Below are positions 17,690-26,287 of a DNA stretch of 37,756 bases, one piece after another (the first letter of the stretch is position 1; each line of letters starts with the position of its first letter). The position numbers and the translations under genes are program-made. Location of the stretch: the NCBI GenBank assembly GCA_018224645.1, contig JAGTVG010000095.1, positions 1-37,756 on the forward strand. Direction: 5' to 3'. The DNA is from Cyclobacteriaceae bacterium. GTDB lineage: Bacteria; Bacteroidota; Bacteroidia; Cytophagales; Cyclobacteriaceae. Under the pieces are notes generated by a model. It was not told the origin of the DNA and searched no databases. It worked only from the letters and a program-made list of their open reading frames with translations.

Positions 17690-18559
17690 TTAATGGATCA
17701 GTGCGTGGGGTAGGGATGAAAATATATCAACCGTTGCCCTGGATTTATTCAGGGTATAAAAATGCAACCCCGGAGCTCCCCTTTTCAGGAGATCCACACA
17801 TTGTTCAATGGCGAAATCCACTCCTGCCGAATACAGTGCGGTTGAATCATGCTGGATGGATTCCAGGGCAGTGATAATTCTCTGCGGGATCGTTGCCCCG
17901 CACATTTCAGAAAATTTCTTGATCTGTTTGAAGTTGGTTATCGGCATAATGCCGGGAATAATCCTGGTCTTGATTCCGAACCGGCGGGCCTTATCGACAA
18001 AATTAAAATAATGATCGTTATCAAAGAACATTTGTGTAATGATGAAATCGGCTCCCTGGTCCACCTTGTTTTTTAACCATTTCAGATCCGAATCGATATC
18101 AAGCGATTCAGGGTGTTTTTCGGGATACCCGGCTGCCCCGATACAATACCTGTTTTTTGATCTGGCCAGCGCGATCAGGTCGCTTGCATGCCGGAATTCC
18201 TGGTTCAGTCCTTTAAATCCCTGCTGGGGAAGATCACCCCTGAGCAGCATCAGGTTCAGAATGTTTTTACTGAACAGCATGTCCAGGTCGCTTTCCACTT
18301 TTGTCTTTGAGGCATTGATGCATGTATAATGGGCCATGGCCGTAATGCCGATTTTATGCTGGATATATTCGATCAGATCGAAGGAAAGATCCTGCGTAGT
18401 ACCCCCGGCGCCATAAGTCACTGAAATGAACGAAGGCGCTAATTTGATGAGTTGGCCAATGTTTATGCCCAGTTCAAGCGTGGAAGAATAACCCTTCGGC
18501 GGAAAAAACTCGAAGGAAAAAGTTTTCTCCTGTCTTTTAAAGATATCCGTTATTTTCAA
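17690..18559 (-). CDS. metF: Methylenetetrahydrofolate reductase
   Basis: 289 aa with KTFSFEFFPPKG and overall MetF family similarity. The start codon is TTG (18559-18557), 5 nt after the floA stop. There is no in-frame ATG near the N-terminus. Confidence 0.88.
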   Translation of the reverse strand: MKITDIFKRQEKTFSFEFFPPKGYSSTLELGINIGQLIKLAPSFISVTYGAGGTTQDLSFDLIEYIQHKIGITAMAHYTCINASKTKVESDLDMLFSKNILNLMLLRGDLPQQGFKGLNQEFRHASDLIALARSKNRYCIGAAGYPEKHPESLDIDSDLKWLKNKVDQGADFIITQMFFDNDHYFNFVDKARRFGIKTRIIPGIMPITNFKQIKKFSEMCGATIPQRIITALESIQHDSTALYSAGVDFAIEQCVDLLKRGAPGLHFYTLNKSRATVDIFSSLPHALIH

Positions 18560-18564
18560 GCCTG

Positions 18565-19560
18565 CTATTTTTTCCCTTCACTCTTACTCTTGCCCTGGGT
18601 AGATTCCGGTTTGGCAATGGAATCTCTCATATCGGTATCAGCCTGAATATTCCGCATTCTGTAATAATCCATGATCCCAAGATTGCCTGCACGGAAAGCT
18701 TCGGCAATGGCCTTGGGGATTTCTGCTTCTGCCAGGATCACCTTGGCCCGCATTTCCTGTGATACGGCCTTCATTTCCTGTTCCTGGGCTACCGCCATGG
18801 CTCTCCTTTCCTCGGCTTTTGCTTCAGCCACTTTTAGGTCGGCATTGGCCTGATCGATCTGTAATTTAGCGCCGATGTTTGTGCCTACGTCTACGTCAGC
18901 GATATCGATCGAAAGAATTTCAAAAGCCGTACCTGCATCCAGCCCCCTTTCAAGGACCAGTTTTGATATTTTATCCGGGTTTTCGAGCACTTCCTTATGC
19001 GAGGCAGCCGAGCCGATGGAGGTTACGATCCCTTCACCTACCCGCGCCAGGATGGTGTCCTCGCCTGCTCCGCCCACAAGCTGCTGGATATTGGCCCTTA
19101 CCGTTACCCTGGCTATGGCAATAAGCTGGATACCGTCCGCAGCCACGGCAGCCACTTTCGGTGTGGTGATCACCTTGGGATTTACCGAGATCTGAACTGC
19201 CTCAAAAACTTCCCGCCCAGCGAGGTCGATCGCCGTGGCCTGTTTGAATGAAAGGCTGATGTTGGCTTTATCAGCGGAAATCAAGGCCTTGATCACATTG
19301 GGCACTTTCCCCCCGGCCAGGTAATGGGTCTCAAGTTCATTTGTAGTCACTTTCAGACCAGCCTTTGTGGCGGTAATCATGGATCCTACGATAATGCTTG
19401 GCGGGACCTTCCTGATCCTCATAAAAACAAGCTCAAAAAGTCCTACTTTAACTCCGGAAAATATGGCCGTGATCCAGAGGTTGATGGGAACAAAATATAA
19501 AAACACAAAAAGAAATATTATTGCGGCGACAACCACAACAAGAAGCATCATTGTATCCAT
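18565..19560 (-). CDS. floA: Flotillin-like protein FloA (UPF0365/YqfA, SPFH superfamily)
   Basis: 331 aa. N-terminal TM, ..RIRKVPP..I....I.A.KAGL.., a Glu/Ala-rich coiled region and ..[18 protein letters not shown].. closely resemble B. subtilis FloA. Confidence 0.9.
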   Translation of the reverse strand: MDTMMLLVVVVAAIIFLFVFLYFVPINLWITAIFSGVKVGLFELVFMRIRKVPPSIIVGSMITATKAGLKVTTNELETHYLAGGKVPNVIKALISADKANISLSFKQATAIDLAGREVFEAVQISVNPKVITTPKVAAVAADGIQLIAIARVTVRANIQQLVGGAGEDTILARVGEGIVTSIGSAASHKEVLENPDKISKLVLERGLDAGTAFEILSIDIADVDVGTNIGAKLQIDQANADLKVAEAKAEERRAMAVAQEQEMKAVSQEMRAKVILAEAEIPKAIAEAFRAGNLGIMDYYRMRNIQADTDMRDSIAKPESTQGKSKSEGKK

Positions 19561-19565
19561 GTTCG

Positions 19566-20036
19566 TTATTTAATAGGTTCTATAAAAATTTTATTGTTTT
19601 TTATGCTGACTACCCTCACCCGGGTTCCTGACGAAAGGAAGTTCCCAAGTGTGGTCACTTCGAATATCTTATCCCGGAAATCGGCTTTTCCGACAGGCCG
19701 TAATGCCGAGATGGCAATGCCTTCTTCCCCAACCTGCAACCCTTCCATGCTGCCTTCATTAAACTTGCTGTTGCTGGAACTTTTCAGGGCAAACTGTTCC
19801 CAAACACCTGATTTAAAGCTATAGATAATGATACTGATACCCAGCAGAAGGGTAATGGCCAAAATCAGGGTTCCCGTTCCGGTTCCGAATGTTAAATACC
19901 CCAGAACGATCCCGGAAATGGTAAAAAGAATTCCCAGCAGGCCCAATAATGTTGTCCCTGGTATAAAAATAATTTCAGCAACAATAAAACCAAACCCGAA
20001 AAAAATCAGAATGATAACTGCAAGCCAATCAATCAT
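19566..20036 (-). CDS. NfeD-family protein (short form, TM anchor plus C-terminal OB-fold)
   Basis: 156 aa with three N-terminal TM helices and a soluble C-terminal beta-rich domain. It lies immediately upstream of floA (5-nt gap), which is the canonical nfeD-SPFH pairing. Confidence 0.8.
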   Translation of the reverse strand: MIDWLAVIILIFFGFGFIVAEIIFIPGTTLLGLLGILFTISGIVLGYLTFGTGTGTLILAITLLLGISIIIYSFKSGVWEQFALKSSSNSKFNEGSMEGLQVGEEGIAISALRPVGKADFRDKIFEVTTLGNFLSSGTRVRVVSIKNNKIFIEPIK

Positions 20037-20093
20037 GAAATCCAGAATTCATGATCAAATATAAAGAATCCAGCCATAAATCGTCAATAAAAA

Positions 20094-21569
20094 TCAATAA
20101 GCTTTGGCAAATAAAACCCTTTGGTTTGAAGGTTTGCCTGTCAGGATACATTTTCCAACTTCTTTTTCAATATCCAGGGGGATCAACCGGATCGTTGCTT
20201 TTGTTTTATCCTTTATCAGCGCCTCGGTTTCTGCGGAACCATCCCAATGTGCGTATACGAATCCTCCTTTGGTGTCCAGTAATTCCCGGAATTCCTCATA
20301 TGTATCGGCTTGAAAGGTATGTTCTTCCCTGAATTTCAATGCTTTAAGATATATCGTCCGATGGATGTCCGGCATCAGGGATTCTATTTTCCCTTCCAGT
20401 TGATCCATATTAATAATTTCCTTTTCCCTCAGATCCCGCCGCACCACTTCAATGGTATCCTGGTCGAGATCCTTCGGGCCAAGGGCCAGGCGGACCGGAA
20501 CGCCTTTCAGTTCATATTCAGCAAATTTCCACCCGGGCTTATATGTATCGCGGTTATCAAAATGCACCGAATATCCCCTCGATTGCAGGGATGTTCTGAT
20601 CTTTACTGCTTTTTCCGTCACCCGGTTGAATTCTTCATCATTTCTGTAAATGGGGATGATCACAATCTGGATCGGGGCCAGGTTAGGCGGCAAAATCAAT
20701 CCATCATCATCGGAATGGGCCATGATCAGGGCTCCAATCAGACGGGTACTTACCCCCCAGGATGTCCCCCAGACGTATTCAAGGTCTCCATCCTTCGTCG
20801 CAAATTTAACGTCGAAAGCTCTGGCAAAATTTTGCCCGAGGAAATGTGAGGTTCCCGCCTGAAGTGCCTTTCCGTCCTGCATAAGTGCTTCGATACAATA
20901 GGTATCCACAGCACCGGCAAATTTTTCGCTTTCCGATTTAATGCCTTTGAGCACCGGAATGGCCATGTGTTTCTCCGCGAATTCGCTGTAAATTCCTAGG
21001 ATCTTCAGTGTTTCATCCATGGCTTCCTTCCGGGTTGCATGCGCAGTATGACCCTCCTGCCACAGGAATTCAGCCGTTCTTAAAAACAGGCGGGTACGCA
21101 TTTCCCATCGAACGACGTTTGCCCATTGATTCAACAGCAGGGGGAGATCACGGTAGGATTGAATCCAGTTTTTGTATGTATTCCAGATCAGGGTTTCGGA
21201 TGTAGGCCGGATGATCAGCTCTTCCTCCAGTTTTGCATCGGGATCGACAATTACATTTTTCCCGGATGCGTCATTTTTGAGCCTGTAATGGGTTACCACG
21301 GCGCATTCCTTGGCAAAACCCTCAACATGCGCCGCCTCCCGGCTCATATATGATTTGGGGATAAACAGGGGGAAATACGCATTCGAATGACCGGTTTCCT
21401 TAAACATGCGATCCAGCGTGGCCTGCATTTTTTCCCAGATGGAGTATCCATACGGTTTTATAACCATACAACCCCGGACGGCACTGTTTTCTGCCAGATC
21501 AGCTCTTTTGACCAGTTCATTATACCACTGTGAATAATCTTCCGATCTTTTTGGCAACCCTTTTCCCAT
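20094..21569 (-). CDS. proS: Proline--tRNA ligase (archaeal/eukaryote-like type)
   Basis: 491 aa. [27 protein letters not shown].. and the C-terminal ..FAKAY are typical of the type found in Bacteroidota. Confidence 0.95.
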   Translation of the reverse strand: MGKGLPKRSEDYSQWYNELVKRADLAENSAVRGCMVIKPYGYSIWEKMQATLDRMFKETGHSNAYFPLFIPKSYMSREAAHVEGFAKECAVVTHYRLKNDASGKNVIVDPDAKLEEELIIRPTSETLIWNTYKNWIQSYRDLPLLLNQWANVVRWEMRTRLFLRTAEFLWQEGHTAHATRKEAMDETLKILGIYSEFAEKHMAIPVLKGIKSESEKFAGAVDTYCIEALMQDGKALQAGTSHFLGQNFARAFDVKFATKDGDLEYVWGTSWGVSTRLIGALIMAHSDDDGLILPPNLAPIQIVIIPIYRNDEEFNRVTEKAVKIRTSLQSRGYSVHFDNRDTYKPGWKFAEYELKGVPVRLALGPKDLDQDTIEVVRRDLREKEIINMDQLEGKIESLMPDIHRTIYLKALKFREEHTFQADTYEEFRELLDTKGGFVYAHWDGSAETEALIKDKTKATIRLIPLDIEKEVGKCILTGKPSNQRVLFAKAY

Positions 21570-21736
21570 AATCTGTGTCTATATTATTGGTATGGATTTT
21601 GCTTTAATTTATACTGTATGTGTGAAATTACAAATATTGAGAAAATAGAACGGAAATTTGATCAAAAATTGTAATTTGTCGTTAATTAAAAATGATTGTA
21701 TATTTATATCTGGTATCATTGAAAAGGGGTTAAATT

Positions 21737-23128
21737 ATGAAAGCATATAGAACATTGAAAATTTTGACTGTCTCAATTCTGGGATCAATCATGTTACTTT
21801 CTAATAGCACGAATGCACAGGAAGAATATGATGATATGTATTTTACACCCAGGGACAGGAAGGAAGTGAAGACGGAATCAGTTTATGCCCCCAATAATAA
21901 GGATAAAGCAGAAATTGAAGAGAACAGGGATGTCATCAATCCGTCAAGCAGCACACAGCTGTACGGCAATGCTCAGGAAAATTATTCCTCCAAGAATGTC
22001 AACCCGGAATATATTGAAAGATATAAAAGTAATTCCAAGGATTCCGCTTCCCGTGAACCTTTAGCGGACGGGGATTCCTATTACATTGAGAATTACGACC
22101 GTTCCGATTTCAAGGAAGAAAATGCCAGGAATCAATCCTATTCCCAATATGGATATCCGGGTTCCTACCCTGGTTCCAATTACGGATATAATGATCCTTT
22201 CTATTCAGGATATAATTCTTTCTATTCAGGATATAATTCTTTCCATTCAGGATATAACTATTATGGACGTTCGTTTTACGATCCATTCTGGAATCCTTAT
22301 TATGGGCCCGGATGGGGATTCACTCCCGGATTCAGCATGAGTCTATCTTTTGGCAGCGGTTGGGGGTATAACCCATGGTACGCACCTTACGGTGGTTATA
22401 TGGGATATTCCAGGCCATGGTACAGCAGTTATTATTACAGTCCCTGGGCTTATGATCCCTGGTATGGACCGTACTCGAGGTGGGGATTAGCCTATTATCC
22501 GGGATATTATTCCAATCGTTATTATTATGTCGGCACAGGCAATGAAAATATCAGTCCCTATAACCGAAGGGTATCCAGAGGCGCGGATAACTATATCGTC
22601 ACGAATAATGCCGCTCCCAACCGCCGGACTGCTACCGTTAACCAGCAGAAAGTGACGGACGGGGAAAATATAAATAGCCGTGCACGAACGGAAAGGGATT
22701 ATTCAAGATCGCAGAATGAATATTATGCGCGTTCACGTGCGAGGTATGACAATACCACAAGTACGAACAATTCTAACATCAGCAGCAGCAGATCCGGGAA
22801 CACGGTTGGTACAACCAGTACCCCGAGAGTCAGAACATCCCGGAATGATGTAGAATATTCACGTCCGACTTACAGGAATAATACCGGGTCCAGATCAGGG
22901 ACAAGTACGTACAACAGAAGCACGGACAGGTCCTCCTGGTCAAACAGCGGTTATCAGCGGAGCAGGTCTGACAATAATAGCTATTCATCGCCAAGCAGAT
23001 CAAACAGTAGCTATTCCAACAGATCCTATAACTCAGGTTCATCCTCTGGATATTCAGGAGGATCTTCTGCACCATCCAGGAGCAGCGGATCATCCGAAAG
23101 CAATTCCAGGAGTGGTGGAAGACGTTAA
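21737..23128 (+). CDS. Secreted low-complexity protein with an acidic N-region, a Tyr/Trp/Gly/Pro/Ser-rich core and a Ser/Arg/Asn/Thr-rich basic tail
   Basis: 463 aa with a signal peptide (MKAYRTLKILTVSILGSIMLLSNSTNA|QEE). By my count residues ~134-265 contain ~35 Tyr and 8 Trp. Residues ~266-463 are S/R/N/T-rich and end SRSGGRR. No recognisable family. Confidence 0.6.
   Translation: MKAYRTLKILTVSILGSIMLLSNSTNAQEEYDDMYFTPRDRKEVKTESVYAPNNKDKAEIEENRDVINPSSSTQLYGNAQENYSSKNVNPEYIERYKSNSKDSASREPLADGDSYYIENYDRSDFKEENARNQSYSQYGYPGSYPGSNYGYNDPFYSGYNSFYSGYNSFHSGYNYYGRSFYDPFWNPYYGPGWGFTPGFSMSLSFGSGWGYNPWYAPYGGYMGYSRPWYSSYYYSPWAYDPWYGPYSRWGLAYYPGYYSNRYYYVGTGNENISPYNRRVSRGADNYIVTNNAAPNRRTATVNQQKVTDGENINSRARTERDYSRSQNEYYARSRARYDNTTSTNNSNISSSRSGNTVGTTSTPRVRTSRNDVEYSRPTYRNNTGSRSGTSTYNRSTDRSSWSNSGYQRSRSDNNSYSSPSRSNSSYSNRSYNSGSSSGYSGGSSAPSRSSGSSESNSRSGGRR
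22199..22261 (+). repeat. In-frame 21-bp tandem repeat x3 inside the low-complexity gene
   Basis: TTCTATTCAGGATATAATTCT occurs identically at 22199-22219 and 22220-22240. A third copy at 22241-22261 has 3 mismatches. The copies encode FYSGYNS FYSGYNS FHSGYNY. Confidence 0.9.
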
Positions 23129-23175
23129 TGAACATCAATTAACAGCAGCTGTACCTCCTTAAAAAGGTTGACACA

Positions 23176-24714
23176 ATGAAAACGATCAGGAAGCTTATTT
23201 TAATAAGCACAGGAATAATATTGGTCATTATTCACGCAAATGCACAAATTTTTCCAAGTGAACTGGCCTTGACTTTCAGCCGTACCTATCAGGGGGGAAG
23301 TGCAAGGATACTTGGGCTGGGCGGGGTAAATACATCCCTTGGCGGGGATATTACCTCAGTTTCTACTAATCCTGCAGGATTGGGATTTTATAACCGGTCC
23401 GAAATAAGTTTAACCCCTGTGATCAACTTCAATACGAATACGAGTTCCTATCTTGGGTCCTCAGGCAATACATCCCTGACCCGGTTTAATATGGGTAACC
23501 TGGGCGTGGTGGTTAACAATACAAAATCCGACCAGGTCCCCGGCGGCTGGAAAGGAGGCAGTTTCGGATTTTCATTTAACAGGATTAATGATTTCAACAA
23601 TGAAATTTTCTATTCAGGAACAAATGTTGAAAATGACTATATCGATTATCTGTTGAATTTTGCAGATGCTAACGATGCTGAACTCGGTGATTTTTACACG
23701 CTGGATATGGGGTATTATACTTTCCTGCTCAATGATTTCAGCATCGATCAGGATACAGGAGACACACTGGCCATGTGGGATTCCTTTGTTGAATTCCCTA
23801 CGGAAGATTCTCCAGTCAGGCAGAGTGAACGCATCATTACTTCAGGATCCCAGAATAAATGGGACCTCTCTTATGGAGGCAATTTTAACGACCGGTTTTA
23901 TTTTGGTTTGGGCCTGGGTATCGTCACTGTAAGTTATGAAAATGAAAAATATTATTCGGAACAGCGTTATCCCGAGAGCATTTTAAATAATTATACCTTA
24001 TACGAACGTCAGATCGTTGATGGTGTCGGAGTAAATGCGAACCTGGGCATCATCGTAAGGCCTATCAATACCCTTACCGTCGGCATCAATTATACCACAC
24101 CTACCGCATACAGCTTTACAGATGAATATGAGACTTCAATGCATACGGTCTGGAATGCCAGTGCCGATGAATTTTATGGTGATGATCCGAATTTTGAAGG
24201 CGATCACCTGGAAGAAACATTTCTGGATCCCCTTATCTATACGATCAGTACGCCCATGCGCCTCAATGCCGGGATAAGTTATTTTTTCAATAAAAGCGGA
24301 TTTATTTCCGGGGATATTGAATGGGTGGATTATTCCAGGGCAAAGGTCAGGTCGAATGATGTTGATTTCAGCGTGGATAACCAGGAAATTTCAGGAATGT
24401 ACCGGTCTGTGATCAATTACCGGCTGGGAGGAGAATACAGGATGGGCATATTTCGGATCAGGGCAGGGTTCAATTACCAGTCAGATCCAAGGGCTGGACA
24501 ATCAGACATGTTGCTTGCGGTACAAACCTATTCTGCCGGGATCGGTCTCAGGAAAAAATCTTTTTATACTGATTTTGCTTATCTGTATTCCACCACCGAG
24601 GGTACACGGGCACCTTACATCATCGATCCTGCCCAGGAAATTGGACCAACCCCGGTGGCGGATATAAACTATGCCCAGAACAGGCTGGTATTCACTGTTG
24701 GTTTCATGTTCTAG
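23176..24714 (+). CDS. Outer-membrane beta-barrel protein, FadL/OmpP1- or PorV-like
   Basis: 512 aa with a signal peptide (..IIHANA|QIF). The N-terminal motif GGSARILGLGGVNTSLGGDITSVSTNPAGLGF is typical of FadL/PorV-type barrels. It has alternating beta-strand patterns and a C-terminal aromatic ..RLVFTVGFMF. Confidence 0.7.
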   Translation: MKTIRKLILISTGIILVIIHANAQIFPSELALTFSRTYQGGSARILGLGGVNTSLGGDITSVSTNPAGLGFYNRSEISLTPVINFNTNTSSYLGSSGNTSLTRFNMGNLGVVVNNTKSDQVPGGWKGGSFGFSFNRINDFNNEIFYSGTNVENDYIDYLLNFADANDAELGDFYTLDMGYYTFLLNDFSIDQDTGDTLAMWDSFVEFPTEDSPVRQSERIITSGSQNKWDLSYGGNFNDRFYFGLGLGIVTVSYENEKYYSEQRYPESILNNYTLYERQIVDGVGVNANLGIIVRPINTLTVGINYTTPTAYSFTDEYETSMHTVWNASADEFYGDDPNFEGDHLEETFLDPLIYTISTPMRLNAGISYFFNKSGFISGDIEWVDYSRAKVRSNDVDFSVDNQEISGMYRSVINYRLGGEYRMGIFRIRAGFNYQSDPRAGQSDMLLAVQTYSAGIGLRKKSFYTDFAYLYSTTEGTRAPYIIDPAQEIGPTPVADINYAQNRLVFTVGFMF

Positions 24715-25216
24715 CCCGGACAGCCTGAACGATTTGATTTTCCAGATCCTTTTCAAATGGAAGGGTGAATTGAGCTTTTGAATAATATGGCAATCTCTCC
24801 TTCAATTTTTCTTTCAGCCCGTCCTGCAGATTTTCAAGTCCGATCTTTTTTAAGAGAGGCCGTTTGTTAATTCCCTTCAGACTCAGCCGTTCAATAAGGA
24901 AAACAATGTCCGTTTCGATATAGAAGGTTAGTCCATTGGTATTCATAAAATCCATATTGTCAAAATAACAGGGAGCCCCTCCTCCCGTTGCCATAATGAA
25001 ATTCTCATGATCCGACGAAATGGACTTTAACAGTTCAGATTCGATTGCGCGGAAATATTCTTCACCCTCTTCTTCAAAAATAACATTGATGGATTTCCGG
25101 ACATGGTTCACGATCTCTGTATCCAGGTCGATAAATTCCATGCCTAATTGTTCAGAAGCTTTCCGGCCAAAGGTCGATTTCCCACAACCTGGCATACCAA
25201 TCAGAAATAATTTCAT
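24704..25216 (-). CDS. aroK: Shikimate kinase
   Basis: 170 aa with MKLFLIGMPGCGKSTFGR (Walker A) and the ..GGGAP.. motif. The 3' end overlaps the OMP gene by 11 nt in convergent orientation. Confidence 0.9.
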   Translation of the reverse strand: MKLFLIGMPGCGKSTFGRKASEQLGMEFIDLDTEIVNHVRKSINVIFEEEGEEYFRAIESELLKSISSDHENFIMATGGGAPCYFDNMDFMNTNGLTFYIETDIVFLIERLSLKGINKRPLLKKIGLENLQDGLKEKLKERLPYYSKAQFTLPFEKDLENQIVQAVRART

Positions 25217-25224
25217 TGTCTGAA

Positions 25225-26286
25225 TTATTCTGTCAGCCTGATCCTGGGATCGACTGCAGCGTAGAGTATATCCACAAATATATTAATTATTATAAAGATG
25301 ATGGCGATGACCAGGGTTGCACCCATCACCACGGGGAAGTCAAGAGATTGGACTGCCTTGATGGTAACAAAACCCAGGCCTTTCCAGTCAAATATATATT
25401 CAACAAAAAAAGCACCTGCCATCAGGGAAGCTAACCACCCTGTCACTGCCGTTATTACCGGATTAATGGCATTTTTCAGGGCATGTTTCATGAAGATGTT
25501 AATAGAACTCAATCCTTTTGCCCTGGCGGTACGGATATAATCCTTCGACATGACATCCAGCATGGAGCTCCGGGTCAATTGTACGATGATCGACAAAGGC
25601 CGGATACCAAGCGTGACTGCAGGGAGTATGATGTTTTTTAAGTGTAATTGTTCTCCCAGGATCGGATGTGTAACCCATAATTGTCCAGTCAGGTTCAATC
25701 CTGTCCAGTCACTCAGGTAATATCCGAAAATAATAGCAAATATGATGGCAGACAGGAATGTAGGGATGGAAATCCCGAAAACCGATATTGAAATGATCAG
25801 GTGATCGATCCAGTTATTCTGATTGAGGGCGGCAACCACACCGGAAACTATGCCGATCACAGTAGCGAAAAACATGGCAAAAAAGGCCAGTATGAAGGTG
25901 TTTTCAATGTTTTCCAATAATATTTCATCAACCCTCCGGTTGGACTGGAATGATCTTCGCAGGTAGGGTTTCTTCAATACGACGACATGATCCTCTCCCA
26001 GTGTAAAAAGCTTGTTATATTCGTATTTCTTCCGGTTAAAAGGAGTATCCTCATGATAGGAAACAGGCAGCAGATCGTTCAGGTACAGTAAAAACTGTAC
26101 GTGGATCGGTTCACGAAGACCAAGTTCCCTGGCAATTGATTCCCTTGTGGCAATATCAGTCCGCTGTCCGGCCAGCATGGAAACGGGGTCGCCCGGCAGG
26201 GCATGAAAGATGATGAAAACCACCACAATCACGCCGAAAAGTACCAGCAACCCATAACCAAGCCGCTTAAATATGAATCTGATCAT
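25225..26286 (-). CDS. ABC transporter permease, DppB/OppB (binding-protein-dependent) type
   Basis: 353 aa. MIRFIFKRLGYGLLVLFGVIVVVF..LPGDP is the typical N-terminus of peptide/nickel ABC permeases, with an EAA-like region ..YIRTARAKGLS.. No ATPase, partner permease or binding-protein gene is in the window. Confidence 0.85.
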   Translation of the reverse strand: MIRFIFKRLGYGLLVLFGVIVVVFIIFHALPGDPVSMLAGQRTDIATRESIARELGLREPIHVQFLLYLNDLLPVSYHEDTPFNRKKYEYNKLFTLGEDHVVVLKKPYLRRSFQSNRRVDEILLENIENTFILAFFAMFFATVIGIVSGVVAALNQNNWIDHLIISISVFGISIPTFLSAIIFAIIFGYYLSDWTGLNLTGQLWVTHPILGEQLHLKNIILPAVTLGIRPLSIIVQLTRSSMLDVMSKDYIRTARAKGLSSINIFMKHALKNAINPVITAVTGWLASLMAGAFFVEYIFDWKGLGFVTIKAVQSLDFPVVMGATLVIAIIFIIINIFVDILYAAVDPRIRLTE

Positions 26287-26287
26287 T

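Noticed and set aside
21570-21736. Promoter boxes in the divergent spacer between proS and the low-complexity gene (TATATTTA near 21700, GTAATTTG near 21680).
   Set aside because: Both are only near-matches to TAnnTTTG, with one mismatch or wrong spacing. They are not strong enough to annotate as features.
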